A stretch of DNA of 64,000 nt from Eledone cirrhosa (Eukaryota): positions 342,550,001 to 342,614,000 of the forward strand of contig OZ024742.1 of the NCBI GenBank assembly GCA_964016885.1, in the 5' to 3' direction. Under the pieces are notes generated by a model. The model was given only the letters and a program-made list of their open reading frames with translations, was not told the DNA's origin and did no database searches. A program made the position numbers and the translations under genes. Positions 1 through 14,760 of the stretch are shown piece after piece. Numbering within the stretch: position 1 is the first letter of the stretch; the number at the start of each line of letters is the position of its first letter.

Positions 1-3000
1 TGAAGTATGTGATCTCCATTGGTATGAAGTATGTGATCTCCAGTGGTATGAAGTATGTGATCTCCAGTGGTATGAAGTATGTGATCTACAGTGGTATGAA
101 GTATGTGATCTACAGTGGTATGAAGTATGTGATCTACAGTGGTATGAAGTATGTGATCTACAGTGGTATGAAGTATGTGATATCCTGTGGTATGAAGTAT
201 ATGATTCTCCATTGGTATGAAGTATGTGATCTCCAGTGGTATGAAGTATGTGATCTCCAGTGGTATGAAGTATGTGATCTCCAGTGGTATGAAGTATGTG
301 ATCTACAGTGGTATGAAGTATGTGATCTACAGTGGTATGAAGTATGTGATATCCTGTGGTATGAAGTATGTGATCTACATTGGTATGATATATGTGATCT
401 ACAGTGGTATGAAGTATGTGATCTCCTGTGGTATGAAGTATGTGATCTCCAGTGGTATGAAGTATGTGATCTACAGTGATATGAGGTATGTGATCTACAG
501 TGGTATGAAGTATGTGATCTCCTGTGCTATGAAGTATGTGATCTACAGTGGTATGAAGTATGTGATCTACAGTGGTATGAAGTATGTGATCTACAGTGGT
601 ATGATGTATGTGATCTCCAGTGGTATGAAGTATGTGATCTCCATTGGTATGAAGTATGTGATCTCCAGTGGTATGAAGTGTGTGATCTACAGTGGTATGA
701 AGTATGTGATCTCCAGTGGTATGAAGTATGTGATCTACAGTGGTATGAAGTATGTGATCTACAGTGGTATGAAGTATGTGATCTACAGTGGTATGAAGTA
801 TGTGATCTCCAGTGGTATGAAGTATGTGATCTACAGTGGTATGAAGTATGTGATATCCTGTGGTATGAAGTATGTGATCTCCAGTGGTATGAAGTATGTG
901 ATCTCCTGTGGTATGAATAATGTGATCTACAGTGGTATGAAGTATGTGATCTCCAGTGCTATGAAGTATGTGATATCCTGTGGTATGAAGTATATGATCT
1001 CCATTGGTATTAAGTATGTGATCTCCAGGGGTATGAAGTATGTGATCTCCAGTGGTATGAAGTATGTGATCTCCAGTGGTATGAAGTATGTGATCTACAG
1101 TGGTATGAAGTATGTGATCTACAGTGGTATGAAGTATGTGATATCCTGTGGTATGAAGTATGTGATCTACAGTGGTATGAAGTATGTGATCTACAGTGGT
1201 ATGAAGTATGTGATCTCCTGTGGTATGAAGTATGTGATCTCCAGTGGTATGAAGTATGTGATCTACAGTGATATGAGGTATGTGATCTACAGTGGTATGA
1301 AGTATGTGATCTCCTGTGATATGAAGTATGTGATCTACAGTGGTATGAAGTATGTGATCTACAGTGGTATGAAGTATGTGATCTCCAGTGGTATGAAGTA
1401 TGTGACATCCTGTGGTATGAAGTATGTGATCTACAGTGGTATGATGTATGTGATCTCCAGTGGTATGAAGTATGTGATCTCCATTGGTATGAAGTATGTG
1501 ATCTACAGTGGTATGAAGTATGTGATCTACAGTGGTATGAAGTATGTGATCTACAGTGGTATGAAGTATGTGATCTCCAGTGGTATGAAAGTATGTGATC
1601 TCCAGTGGTATGAAGTATGTGATCTACAGTGGTATGAAGTATGTGATCTACAGTGATATGAAGTATGTGATCTACAGTGGTATGAAGTATGTGATCTACA
1701 GTGGTATGAAGTATGTGATCTCCAGTGGTATGAAGTATGTGATCTACAGTGGTATGAAGTATGTGATCTACAGTGGTATGATGTATGTGATCTCCAGTGG
1801 TATGAAGTATGTGATCTCCATTGGTATGAAGTATGTGATCTCCAGTGGTATGAAGTATGTGATCTACAGTGGTATGAAGTATGTGATCTCCAGTGGTATG
1901 AAGTATGTGATCTACAGTGGTATGAAGTATGTGATCTACAGTGGTGTGAAGTATGTGATCTACAGTGGTATGAAGTATGTGATCTACAGTGGTATGAAGT
2001 ATGTGATCTCCAGTGGTATGAAAGTATGTGATCTCCAGTGGTATGAAGTATGTGATCTACAGTGGTATGAAGTATGTGATCTACAGTGATATGAAGTATG
2101 TGATCTACAGTGGTATGAATTATGTGATATCCTGTGGTATGATGTATGTGATCTACAGTGGTATGAAGTATGTGATCTACAGTGGTATGAAGTATGTGAT
2201 ATCCTGTGGTATGAAGTATGTGATCTCCATTGGTATGAAGTGTGTGATCTCCAGTGGTATGAAGTATGTGATCTCCAGTGGTATGAAGTATGTGATCTAC
2301 AGTGGTATGAAGTATGTGATCTACAGTGGTATGAAGTATGTGATCTACAGTGGTATGAAGTATGTGATCTACAGTGGTATAAAGTATGTGATATCCTGTG
2401 GTATGAAGTATATGATCTCCATTGGTATGAAGTATGTGATCTCCAGTGGTATGAAGTATGTGATCTCCAGTGGTATGAAGTATGTGATCTCCAGTGGTAT
2501 GAAGTATGTGATCTACAGTGGTATGAAGTATGTGATCTACAGTGGTATGAAGTATGTGATATCCTGTGGTATGAAGTATGTGATCTACATTGGTGTGATA
2601 TATGTGATCTACAGTGGTATGAAGTATGTGATCACCAGTGGTATGAAGTATGTGATCTACAGTGGTATGAAGTATGTGATCTACAGTGGTATGAAGTATG
2701 TGATCTACAGTGGTATGAAGTATGTGATCTCCAGTGGTATGAAGTATGTGATCTACAGTGGTATGAAGTATGTGATATCCTGTGGTATGAAGTATGTGAT
2801 CTCCAGTGGTATGAAGTATGTGATCTCCTGTGGTATGAATAATGTGATCTACAGTGGTATGAAGTATGTGATCTCCAGTGCTATGAAGTATGTGATATCC
2901 TGTGGTATGAAGTATATGATCTCCATTGGTATTAAGTATGTGATCTCCAGTGGTATGAAGTATGTGATCTCCAGTGGTATGAAGTATGTGATCTCCAGTG

Positions 3001-6000
3001 GTATGAAGTATGTGATCTACAGTGGTATGAAGTATGTGATATCCTGTGGTATGAAGTATGTGATATCCTGTGGTATGAAGTATGTGATCTACAGTGGTAT
3101 GAAGTATGTGATCTCTTGTGGTATGAAGTATGTGATCTCCAGTGGTATGAAGTATGTGATCTCCAGTGGTATGAAGTATGTGATCTACAGTGGTATGAAG
3201 TATGTGATCTACAGTGGTATGAAGTATGTGATATCCTGTGGTATGAAGTATGTGATCTACATTGGTATGATATATGTGATCTACAGTGGTATGAAGTATG
3301 TGATCTCCTGTGGTATGAAGTATGTGATCTCCATTGGTATGAAGTATGTGATCTCCAGTGGTATGAAGTATGTGATCTCCAGTGGTATGAAGTATGTGAT
3401 CTCCAGTGGTATGAAGTATGTGATCTACAGTGGTATGAAGTATGTGATCTACAGTGGTATGAAGTATGTGATCTACAGTGGTATGAAGTATGTGATATCC
3501 TGTGGTATGAAGTATATGATCTCCATTGGTATGAAGTATGTGATCTCCAGTGGTATGAAGTATGTGATCTCCAGTGGTATGAAGTATGTGATCTCCAGTG
3601 GTATGAAGTATGTGATCTACAGTGGTATGAAGTATGTGATCTACAGTGGTATGAAGTATGTGATATCCTGTGGTATGAAGTATGTGATCTACATTGGTAT
3701 GATATATGTGATCTACAGTGGTATGAAGTATGAGATCTCCTGTGGTATGAAGTATGTGATCTCCAGTGGTATGAAGTATGTGATCTACAGTGATATGAGG
3801 TATGTGATCTACAGTGGTATGAAGTATGTGATCTCCTGTGATATGAAGTATGTGATCTACAGTGGTATGAAGTATGTGATCTACAGTGGTATGAAGTATG
3901 TGATCTCCAGTGGTATGAAGTATGTGATCTACAGTGGTATGAAGTATGTGATCTACAGTGGTATGATGTATGTGATCTCCAGTGGTATGAAGTATGTGAT
4001 CTCCATTGGTATGAAGTATGTGATCTCCAGTGGTATGAAGTGTGTGATCTACAGTGGTATGAAGTATGTGATCTCCAGTGGTATGAAGTATGTGATCTAC
4101 AGTGGTATGAAGTATGTGATCTACAGTGGTATGAAGTATGTGATCTCCAGTGGTATGAAGTATGTGATCTACAGTGGTATGAAGTATGTGATATCCTATG
4201 GTATGAAGTATGTGATCTCCAGTGGTATGAAGTATGTGATCTCCTGTGGTATGAATAATGTGATCTACAGTGGTATGAAGTATGTGATCTCCAGTGCTAT
4301 GAAGTATGTGATATCCTGTGGTATGAAGTATATGATCTCCATTTGTATTAAGTATGTGATCTCCAGTGGTATGAAGTATGTGATCTCCAGTGGTATGAAG
4401 TATGTGATCTCCAGTGGTATGAAGTATGTGATCTACAGTGGTATGAAGTATGTGATCTACAGTGGTATGAAGTATGTGATATCCTGTGGTATGAAGTATG
4501 TGATCTACAGTGGTATGAAGTATGTGATCTACAGTGGTATGAAGTATGTGATCTCCTGTGGTATGAAGTATGTGATCTCCAGTGGTATGAAGTATGTGAT
4601 CTACAGTGATATGAGGTATGTGATCTACAGTGGTATGAAGTATGTGATCTCCTGTGATATGAAGTATGTGATCTACAGTGGTATGAAGTATGTGATCTAC
4701 AGTGGTATGAAGTATGTGATCTCCAGTGGTATGAAGTATGTGACATCCTGTGGTATGAAGTATGTGATCTACAGTGGTATGATGTATGTGATCTCCAGTG
4801 GTATGAAGTATGTGATCTCCATTGGTATGAAGTATGTGATCTCCAGTGGTATGAAGTATGTGATCTACAGTGGTATGAAGTATGTGATCTCCAGTGGTAT
4901 GAAGTATGTGATCTACAGTGGTATGAAGTATGTGATCTACAGTGGTATGAAGTATGTGATCTACAGTGGTATGAAGTATGTGATCTACAGTGGTATGAAG
5001 TATGTGATCTACAGTGGTATGAAAGTATGTGATCTCCAGTGGTATGAAGTATGTGATCTACAGTGGTATGAAGTATGTGATCTACAGTGATATGAAGTAT
5101 GTGATCTACAGTGGTATGAAGTATGTGATCTACAGTGGTATGAAGTATGTGATCTCCAGTGGTATGAAGTATGTGATCTACAGTGGTATGAAGTATGTGA
5201 TCTACAGTGGTATGATGTATGTGATCTCCAGTGGTATGAAGTATGTGATCTCCATTGGTATGAAGTATGTGATCTCCAGTGGTATGAAGTATGTGATATA
5301 CAGTGGTATGAAGTATGTGATCTCCAGTGGTATGAAGTATGTGATCTACAGTGGTATGAAGTATGTGATCTACAGTGGTGTGAAGTATGTGATCTATAGT
5401 GGTATGAAGTATGTGATCTACAGTGGTATGAAGTATGTGATCTCCAGTGGTATGAAAGTATGTGATCTCCAGTGGTATGAAGTATGTGATCTACAGTGGT
5501 ATGAAGTATGTGATCTACAGTGATATGAAGTATGTGATCTACAGTGGTATGAATTATGTGATATCCTGTGGTATGATTTATGTGATCTACAGTGGTATGA
5601 AGTATGTGATCTACAGTGGTATGAAGTATGTGATATCCTGTGGTATGAAGTATGTGATCTCCATTGGTATGAAGTATGTGATCTCCAGTGGTATGAAGTA
5701 TGTGATCTCCAGTGGTATGAAGTATGTGATCTACATTGGTATGAAGTATGTGATCTCCAGTGGTATGAAGTATGTGACATCCTGTGGTATGAAGTATGTG
5801 ATCTACAGTGGTATGATGTATGTGATCTCCAGTGGTATGAAGTATGTGATCTCCATTGGTATGAAGTATGTGATCTCCAGTGGTATGAAGTATGTGATCT
5901 ACAGTGGTATGAAGTATGTGATCTCCAGTGGTATGAAGTATGTGATCTACAGTGGTATGAAGTATGTGATCTACAGTGGTATGAAGTATGTGATCTACAG

Positions 6001-7100
6001 TGGTATGAAGTATGTGATCTACAGTGGTATGAAGTATGTGATCTACAGTGGTATGAAAGTATGTGATCTCCAGTGGTATGAAGTATGTGATCTACAATGG
6101 TATGAAGTATGTGATCTACAGTGATATGAAGTATGTGATCTATAGTGGTATGAAGTATGTGATCTACAGTGGTATGGAGTATGCGATCTCCAGTGGTATG
6201 AAGTATGTGATCTACAGTGGTATGAAGTATGTGATCTACAGTGGTATGATGTATGTGATCTCCAGTGGTATGAAGTATGTGATCTCCATTGGTATGAAGT
6301 ATGTGATCTCCAGTGGTATGAAGTATGTGATCTACAGTGGTATGAAGTATGTGATCTCCAGTGGTATGAAGTATGTGATCTACAGTGGTATGAAGTATGT
6401 GATCTACAGTGGTGTGAAGTATGTGATCTACAGTGGTATGAAGTATGTGATCTACAGTGGTATGAAGTATGTGATCTCCAGTGGTATGAAAGTATGTGAT
6501 CTCCAGTGGTATGAAGTATGTGATCTACAGTGGTATGAAGTATGTGATCTACAGTGATATGAAGTATGTGATCTACAGTGGTATGAATTATGTGATATCC
6601 TGTGGTATGATGTATGTGATCTACAGTGGTATGAAGTATGTGATCTACAGTGGTATGAAGTATGTGATATCCTGTGGTATGAAGTATGTGATCTCCATTG
6701 GTATGAAGTATGTGATCTCCAGTGGTATGAAGTATGTGATCTCCAGTGGTATGAAGTATGTGATCTACAGTGGTATGAAGTATGTGATCTACAGTGGTAT
6801 GAAGTATGTGATCTACAGTGGTATGAAGTATGTGATCTACAGTGGTATGAAGTATGTGATATCCTGTGGTATGAAGTATATGATCTCCATTGGTATGAAG
6901 TATGTGATCTCCAGTGGTATGAAGTATGTGATCTCCAGTGGTATGAAGTATGTGATCTCCAGCGGTATGAAGTATGTGATCTACAGTGGTATGAAGTATG
7001 TGATCTACAGTGGTATGAAGTATGAGATATCCTGTGGTATGAAGTATGTGATCTACATTGGTATGATATATGTGATCTACAGTGGTATGAAGTATGTGAT
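1..7100. repeat. Left sub-domain of the array with its own variant set and internal ~3.3-3.4 kb, 1,034-bp and 433-bp duplications
   Basis: Rich in TCCATT, TACATT, AGTGAT and ATGATG variants and carries a 25-bp ATGAAAGTATG monomer at ~1590, 2023, 5024, 5457, 6058 and 6491. It has no GTCAGC/GTTAGC monomers. Variant order at 1-~2290 recurs at ~3320-5710; ORF pairs 678/4040, 1010/4348, 1595/5029/6063 and 2028/5462/6496 match. Confidence 0.85.
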
Positions 7101-8099
7101 CTCCTGTGGTATGAAGTATGTGATATACTGTGGTATGAAGTATGTGATCTCCAGTTGTATGAAGTATGTGATCTCCAGTGGTATGAAGTATGTGATCTAC
7201 AGTGGTATGAAGTATGTGATCTCCAGTGGTATGAAGTATGTGATAACCTGTGGTATGAAGTATGTGATATCCTGTGGTATGAAGTATGTGATCTACAGTG
7301 GTATGAAGTATGTGATCTCCAGTGGTATGAAGTATGTGATAACCTGTGGTATGAAGTATGTGATATCCTCTGGTATGAAGTATGTGATCTATAGTGGTAT
7401 GAAGTATGTGATCTCCAGCGGTATGAACTATGTGATATCCAGTGGTGTGAAGTATGTGATCTACAGTGGTATGAAGTATGTGATCTACAGTGGTATGAAG
7501 TATGTGATCTGCAGTGGTATGAAGTATGTGATATCCTGTGGTATGAAGTATGTGATCTCCAGTGGTATGAAGTATGTGATCTACAGTGGTATGAAGTATG
7601 TAATCTCCAGTGGTATGAAGTATGTGATCTCCAGTGGTATGAAGTATGTGATCTCCAGTGGTATGAAGTATGTGATCTACAGTGGTATGAAGTATGTAAT
7701 CTCCAGTGCTATGAAGTATGTGATCTACAGTGGTATGAAGTATGTGATCTACAGTGGTATGAAGTATGTAATCTCCAGTGGTATGAAGTATGTGATCTCC
7801 ATTGGTATGAAGTATGTGATCTACAGTGGTATGAAGTATGTCAGCTCCAGTGGTATGAAGTATGAGATCTACAGTGGTATGAAGTATGTGATCTACAGTG
7901 GTATGAAGTATGTGATCTGCAGTGGTATGAAGTATGTCAGCTCCAGTGGTATGAAGTATATGATCTACAGTGGTATGAAGTATGTGATCTACAGTGGTAT
8001 GAAGTATGTGATCTACAGTGGTATGAAGTATGTCAGCTCCAGTGGTATGAAGTATGTGATCTACAGTGGTATGAAGTATGTAATCTACAGTGGTATGAA

Positions 8100-11000
8100 G
8101 TATGTGATCTCCAGTGGTATGAAGTATGTGATAACCTGTGGTATGAAGTATGTGATATCCTGTGGTATGAAGTATGTGATCTACAGTGGTATGAAGTATG
8201 TGATCTTGAGTGGTATGAAGTATGTGATAACCTGTGGTATGAAGTATGTGATATCCTGTGGTATGAAGTATGTGATCTATAGTGGTATGAAGTATGTGAT
8301 CTCCAGTGGTATGAACTATGTGATATCCAGTGGTATGAAGTATGTGATCTACAGTGGTATGAAGTATGTGATCTACAGTGGTATGAAGTATGTGATCTAC
8401 AGTGGTATGAAGTATGTGATATCCTGTGGTATGAAGTATGTAATCTCCAGTGGTATGAAGTATGTGATCTCCAGTGGTATGAAGTATGTGATCTCCAGTG
8501 GTATGTAGTATGTGATCTACAGTGGTATGAAGTATGTAATCTCCAGTGGTATGATGTATGTGATCTACAGTGGTATGAAGTATGTGATCTACAGTGGTAT
8601 GAAGTATGTGATCTCCAGTGGTATGAAGTATGTGATCTCCAGTGGTATGAAGTATGTAATCTACAGTGGTATGAAGTATGTGATCTCCAGTGGTATGAAG
8701 TATGTGATCTCCTGTGGTATGAAATATGTCAGCTCCAGTGGTATGAAGTATGTGATCTCCAGTGGTATGAAGTATGTGATCTCCAGTGGTATGAAATATG
8801 TGATCTACAGTGGTATGAATTATGTGATCTCCAGTGGTATGAAGTATGTGATCTCCAGTTGTATGAAGTATGTGATCTCCAGTGGTATGAAGTATGTCAG
8901 CTCCAGTGGTATGAAGTATGTGATCTCCAGTGGTATGAAATATGTGATCTAGAGTGGTATGAAGTATGTTAGCTCCAGTGGTATGAAGTATGTGATCTAC
9001 AGTGGTATGAAGTATGTCAGCTCCAGTGGTATGAAGTATGTGATCTCCAGTGGTATGAAGTATGTGATCTCCTGTGGTATGATGTATGTGATCTACAGTG
9101 GTATGAAGTATGTGATCTACAGTGGTATGAAGTATGTGATCTACAGTGGTATGAAGTATGTGATCTACAGTGGTATGAAGTATGTGATCTACAGTGGTAT
9201 GAAGTATGTGATCTACAGTGGTATGAAGTATGTGATCTCCAGTGGTATGAAGTATGTCAGCTCCAGTGGTATGAAGTATGTGATCTACAGTGGTATGAAG
9301 TATGTGATCTACAGTGGTATGAAGTATGTGATCTCCAGTGGTATGAAGTATGTGATCTCCAGTGGTATGAAGTATGTGATCTCCATTGGTATGAAGTATG
9401 TGATCTACAGTGGTATGAAGTATGTCAGCTCCAGTGGTATGATGTATGTGATCTACAGTGGTATGAAGTATGTGATCTACAGTGGTATGAAGTATGTGAT
9501 CTCCAGTGGTATGAAGTATGTGATCTCCAGTGGTATGAAGTATGTGATCTCCTGTGGTATGAAATATGTCAGCTCCAGTGGTATGAAGAATGTGATCTCC
9601 AGTGGTATGAAGTATGTGACCTCCAGTGGTATGAAATATGTGATCTACAGTGGTATGAAGTATGTGATCTCCAGTGGTATGAAGTATGTGATCTCCAGTG
9701 GTATGAAATATGTGATCTCCAGTGGTATGAAGTATGTGATCTCCAGTGGTATGAAGTATGTCATATCCTGTGGTATGAAGTATGTGATTTCCAGTGGTAT
9801 GAAGTATGTCAGCTCCAGTGGTATGAAGTATGTGATCTCCAGTGGTATGAAGTATGTGATCTCCAGTGGTATGAAATATGTGATCTACAGTGGTATGAAG
9901 TATGTTAGCTCCAGTGGTATGAGGTATGTGATCTACAGTGGTATGAAGTATGTGATCTCCTGTGGTATGAAGTATGTGATCTACAGTGGTATGAAGTATG
10001 TGATCTCCAGTGGTATGAAGTATGTGATCTACAGTGGTATGAAGTATGTGATCTACAGTGGTATGAAGTATGTGATCTCCAGTGGTATGAAGTATGTTAG
10101 CTCCAGTGGTATGAAGTGTGTGATCTCCAGTGGTATGAAGTATGTGATCTACAGTGGTATGAAGTATGTGATCTACAGTGGTATGAAGTATGTGATTTAC
10201 AGTGGTATGAAGTATGTGATCTCCTGTGGTATGAAGTATGTGATCTACAGTGGTATGAAGTATGTGATCTCCAGTGGTATGAAGTATGTGATCTACAGTG
10301 GTATGAAGTATGTGATATCCTGTGGTATGAAGTATGTGATCTCCAGTGGTATGAAGTATGTCAGCTCCAGTGGTATGAAGTATGTGATCTCCTGTGGTAT
10401 GAAGTATGTGATCTACAGTGGTATGAAGTATGTGATCTCCAGTGGTATGAAGTATGTGATATCCTGTGGTATGAAGTATGTGATATCCTGTGGTATGAAG
10501 TATGTGATCTCCAGTGGTATGAAGTATGTCAGCTCCAGTGGTATGAAGTATGTGATCTCCAGTTGTATGAAGTATGTGATCTACAGTGGTATGAAGTATA
10601 TGATCTCCTGTGGTATGAAGTATGTGATCTACAGTGGTATGAAGTATGTTAGCTCCTGTGGTATGAAGTATGTGATCTCCAGTGGTATGAAGTATGTGAT
10701 CTCCAGTTGTATGAAGTATGTGATCTACAGTGGTATGAAGAATGTGATCTCCTGTGGTATGAAGTATGTGATCTACAGTGGTATGAAGTATGTGATCACC
10801 AGTGGTATGAAGTATGTGATCTATAGTGGTATGAAGTATGTGATCTCCAGTGGTATGAAGTATGTGATCTCCTGTGGTATGAAGTATGTGATCTCCAGTG
10901 GTATGAAGTATGTGATCTCCTGTGGTATGAAGTATGTGATCTCCAGTGGAATGAAGTATGTGATCTACAGTGGTATGAAGTATGTGATATCCTGTGGTAT

Positions 11001-14000
11001 GAAGTATGTTCATCTCCAGTGGTATGAAGTATGTGATATCCTGTGGTATGAAGTATGTGATATCCTGTGGTATGAAGTATGTGATCTACAGTGGTATGAA
11101 GTATGTGATCTACAGTGGTATGAAGTATGTCAGCTCCAGTGGTATGAAGTATGTGATCTCCAGTGGTATGAAGTATGTGATCTACAGTGGTATGAAGTAT
11201 GTGATCTCCTGTGGTATGAAGTATGTGATCTACAGTGGTATGAAGTATGTTAGCTCCTGTGGTATGAAGTATGTGATCTCCAGTGGTATGAAGTATGTGA
11301 TCTCCAGTGGTATGAAGTATGTGATCTCCAGTGGTATGAAGTATGTGATCTCCAGTGGTATGAAGTATGTGATAACCTGTGGTATGAAGTATGTGATATC
11401 CTGTGGTATGAAGTATGTGATCTACAGTGGTATGAAGTATGTGATCTCCAGTGGTATGAAGTATGTGATAACCTGTGGTATGAAGTATGTGATATCCTGT
11501 GGTATGAAGTATGTGATCTATAGTGGTATGAAGTATGTGATCTCCAGTGGTATGAACTATGTGATATCCAGTGGTATGAAGTATGTGATCTACAGTGGTA
11601 TGAAGTATGTGATCTACAGTGGTATGAAGTATGTGATCTACAGTGGTATGAAGTATGTGATATCCTGTGGTATGAAGTATGTAATCTCCAGTGGTATGAA
11701 GTATGTGATCTCCAGTGGTATGAAGTATGTGATCTCCAGTGGTATGAAGTATGTGATCTACAGTGGTATGAAGTATGTAATCTCCAGTGGTATGAAGTAT
11801 GTGATCTACAGTGGTATGAAGTATGTGATCTACAGTGGTATGAAGTATGTGATCTACAGTGGTATGAAGTATGTGATCTCCAGTGGTATGAAGTATGTAA
11901 TCTACAGTGGTATGAAGTATGTGATCTCCAGTGGTATGAAGTATGTGATCTCCTGTGGTATGAAATATGTCAGCTCCAGTGGTATGAAGTATGTGATCTC
12001 CAGTGGTATGAAGTATGTGATCTCCAGTGGTATGAAATATGTGATCTACAGTGGTATGAAGTATGTGATCTCCAGTGGTATGAAGTATGTGATCTCCAGT
12101 GGTATGAAGTATGTGATCTCCAGTGGTATGAAGTATGTCAGCTCCAGTGGTATGAAGTATGTGATCTCCAGTGGTATGAAATATGCTATCTACAGTGGTA
12201 TGAAGTATGTTAGCTCCAGTGGTATGAAGTATGTGATCTACAGTCGTATGAAGTATGTCAGCTCCAGTGGTATGAAGTATGTGATCTCCAGTGGTATGAA
12301 GTATGTGATCTACAGTGGTATGAAGTATGTGATCTACAGTGGTATGAAGTATGTGATCTACAGTGGTATGAAGTATGTGATCTACAGTGGTATGAAGTAT
12401 GTGATCTACAGTGGTATGAAGTATGTGATCTACAGTGGTATGAAGTATGTGATCTACAGTGGTATGAAGTATGTCAGCTCCAGTGGTATGAAGTATGTGA
12501 TCTACAGTGGTATGAAGTATGTGATCTACAGTGGTATGAAGTATGTGATCTCCAGTGGTATGAAGTATGTGATCTCCAGTGGTATGAAGTATGTGATCTC
12601 CAGTGGTATGAAATATGTGATCTACAGTGGTATGAATTATGTGATCTCCAGTGGTATGAAGTATGTCATCTCCAGTGGTATGAAGTATGTGATCTCCAGT
12701 GGTATGAAGTATGTCAGCTCCAGTGGTATGAAGTATGTTATCTCCAGTGGTATGAAATATGTGATCTAGAGTGGTATGAAGTATGTTAGCTCCAGTGGTA
12801 TGAAATATGTGATCTACAGTGGTATGAAGTATGTCAGCTCCAGTGGTATGAAGTATGTGATCTCCAGTGGTATGAAGTATGTGATCTCCTGTGGTATGAT
12901 GTATGTGATCTACAGTGGTATGAAATATGTGATCTACAGTGGTATGAAGTATGTGATCTACAGTGGTATGAAGTATGTGATCTACAGTGGTATGAAGTAT
13001 GTGATCTGCAGTGGTATGAAGTATGTGATCTACAGTGGTATGAAGTATGTGATCTCCAGTGGTATGAAGTATGTCAGCTCCAGTGGTATGAAGTATGTGA
13101 TCTACAGTGGTATGAAGTATGTGATCTACAGTGGTATGAAGTATGTGATCTCCAGTGGTATGAAGTATGTGATCTCCAGTGGTATGAAGTATGTGATCTC
13201 CATTGGTATGAAGTATGTGATCTACAGTGGTATGAAGTATGTCAGCTCCAGTGGTATGAAGTATGAGATCTACAGTGGTATGAAGTATGTGATCTACAGT
13301 GGTATGAAGTATGTGATCTACAGTGGTATGAAGTATGTGATCTCCAGTGGTATGAAGTATGTGATCTCCAGTGGTATGAAGTATGTGATCTCCTGTGGTA
13401 TGAAATATGTCAGCTCCAGTGGTATGAAGAATGTGATCTCCAGTGGTATGAAGTATGTGACCTCCAGTGGTATGAAATATGTGATCTACAGTGGTATGAA
13501 GTATGTGATCTCCAGTGGTATGAAGTATGTGATCTCCAGTGGTATGAAATATGTTATCTCCAGTGGTATGAAGTATGTGATCTCCAGTGGTATGAAGTAT
13601 GTCGCATCCTGTGGTATGAAGTATGTGATCTCCAGTGGTATGAAGTATGTCAGCTCCAGTGGTATGAAGTAAGTGATCTCCAGTGGTATGAAGTATGTGA
13701 TCTCCAGTGGTATGAAATATGTGATCTACAGTGGTATGAAGTATGTTAGCTCCAGTGGTATGAGGTATGTGATCTACAGTGGTATGAAGTATGTGATCTC
13801 CTGTGGTATGAAGTATGTGATCTACAGTGGTATGAAGTATGTGATCTCCAGTGGTATGAAGTATGTGATCTACAGTGGTATGAAGTATGTGATCTACAGT
13901 GGTATGAATATGTGATCTCCAGTGGTATGAAGTATGTTAGCTCCAGTGGTATGAAGTGTGTGATCTCCAGTGGTATGAAGTATGTGATCTACAGTGGTAT

Positions 14001-14760
14001 GAAGTATGTGATCTACAGTGGTATGAAATATGTGATTTACAGTGGTATGAAGTATGTGATCTCCTGTGGTATGAAGTATGTGATCTACAGTGGTATGAAG
14101 TATGTGATCTCAAGTGGTATGAAGTATGTGATCTACAGTGGTATGAAGTATGTGATATCCTGTGGTATGAAGTATGTGATCTCCAGTGGTATGAAGTATG
14201 TCAGCTCCAGTGGTATGAAGTATGTGATCTCCTGTGGTATGAAGTATGTGATCTACAGTGGTATGAAGTATGTGATCTCCAGTGGTATGAAGTATGTGAT
14301 ATCCTGTGGTATGAAGTATGTGACATCCTGTGGTATGAAGTATGTGATCTCCAGTGGTATGAAGTATGTCAGCTCCAGTGGTATGAAGTATGTGATCTCC
14401 AGTTGTATGAAGTATTAGATCTACAGTGGTATGAAGTATATGATCTCCTGTGGTATGAAGTATGTGATCTACAGTGGTATGAAGTATGTTAGCTCCTGTG
14501 GTATGAAGTATGTGATCTCCAGTGGTATGAAGTATGTGATCTCCAGTGGTATGAAGTATGTGATCTACAGTGGTATGAAGTATGTGATCTCCTGTGGTAT
14601 GAAGTATGTGATCTACAGTGGTATGAAGTATGTGATCTCCAGTGGTATGAAGTATGTGATCTATAGTGGTATGAAGTATGTGATCTACAGTGGTATGAAG
14701 TATGTGATCTACAGTGGTATGAAGTATGTGATATCCTGTGGTATGAAGTATGTGATATCC
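8100..14760. repeat. Higher-order duplication with ~3.82-3.84 kb offset (about 8.7-10.8 kb repeated at about 12.5-14.7 kb; 8.1-9.0 kb also echoed at 11.35-12.3 kb)
   Basis: Shared rare markers: ATCTAGAGT at ~8947 and ~12764, AAGAAT...GTGACC at ~9586 and ~13427, ATGAGG at ~9919 and ~13760. ORF starts 8959/12776 (3,817 bp) and 10116/13956 (3,840 bp = 160 monomers). Boundaries are approximate. Confidence 0.75.

Noticed and set aside
8935-8960. CRP/CAP-like site (AAATATGTGATCTAGAG resembles the left half of the AAATGTGATCTAGATCACATTT consensus); TGTGA in most monomers
   Set aside because: The second TCACA half-site is absent, and there is no promoter or gene context or any evidence of a bacterial host.
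6043-11013. Minus-strand 1,656-aa His-rich ORF (HILHTTGD/HILHTTVD repeats) as a metal-binding protein
   Set aside because: Its ATG exists only because of a one-off insertion at ~11010, it changes frame at the 6491 insertion, and its common variants are nonsynonymous. Stops are rare in this frame (about 14110, 17396, 40506, 47698) mainly because few of its codons are one step from a stop.
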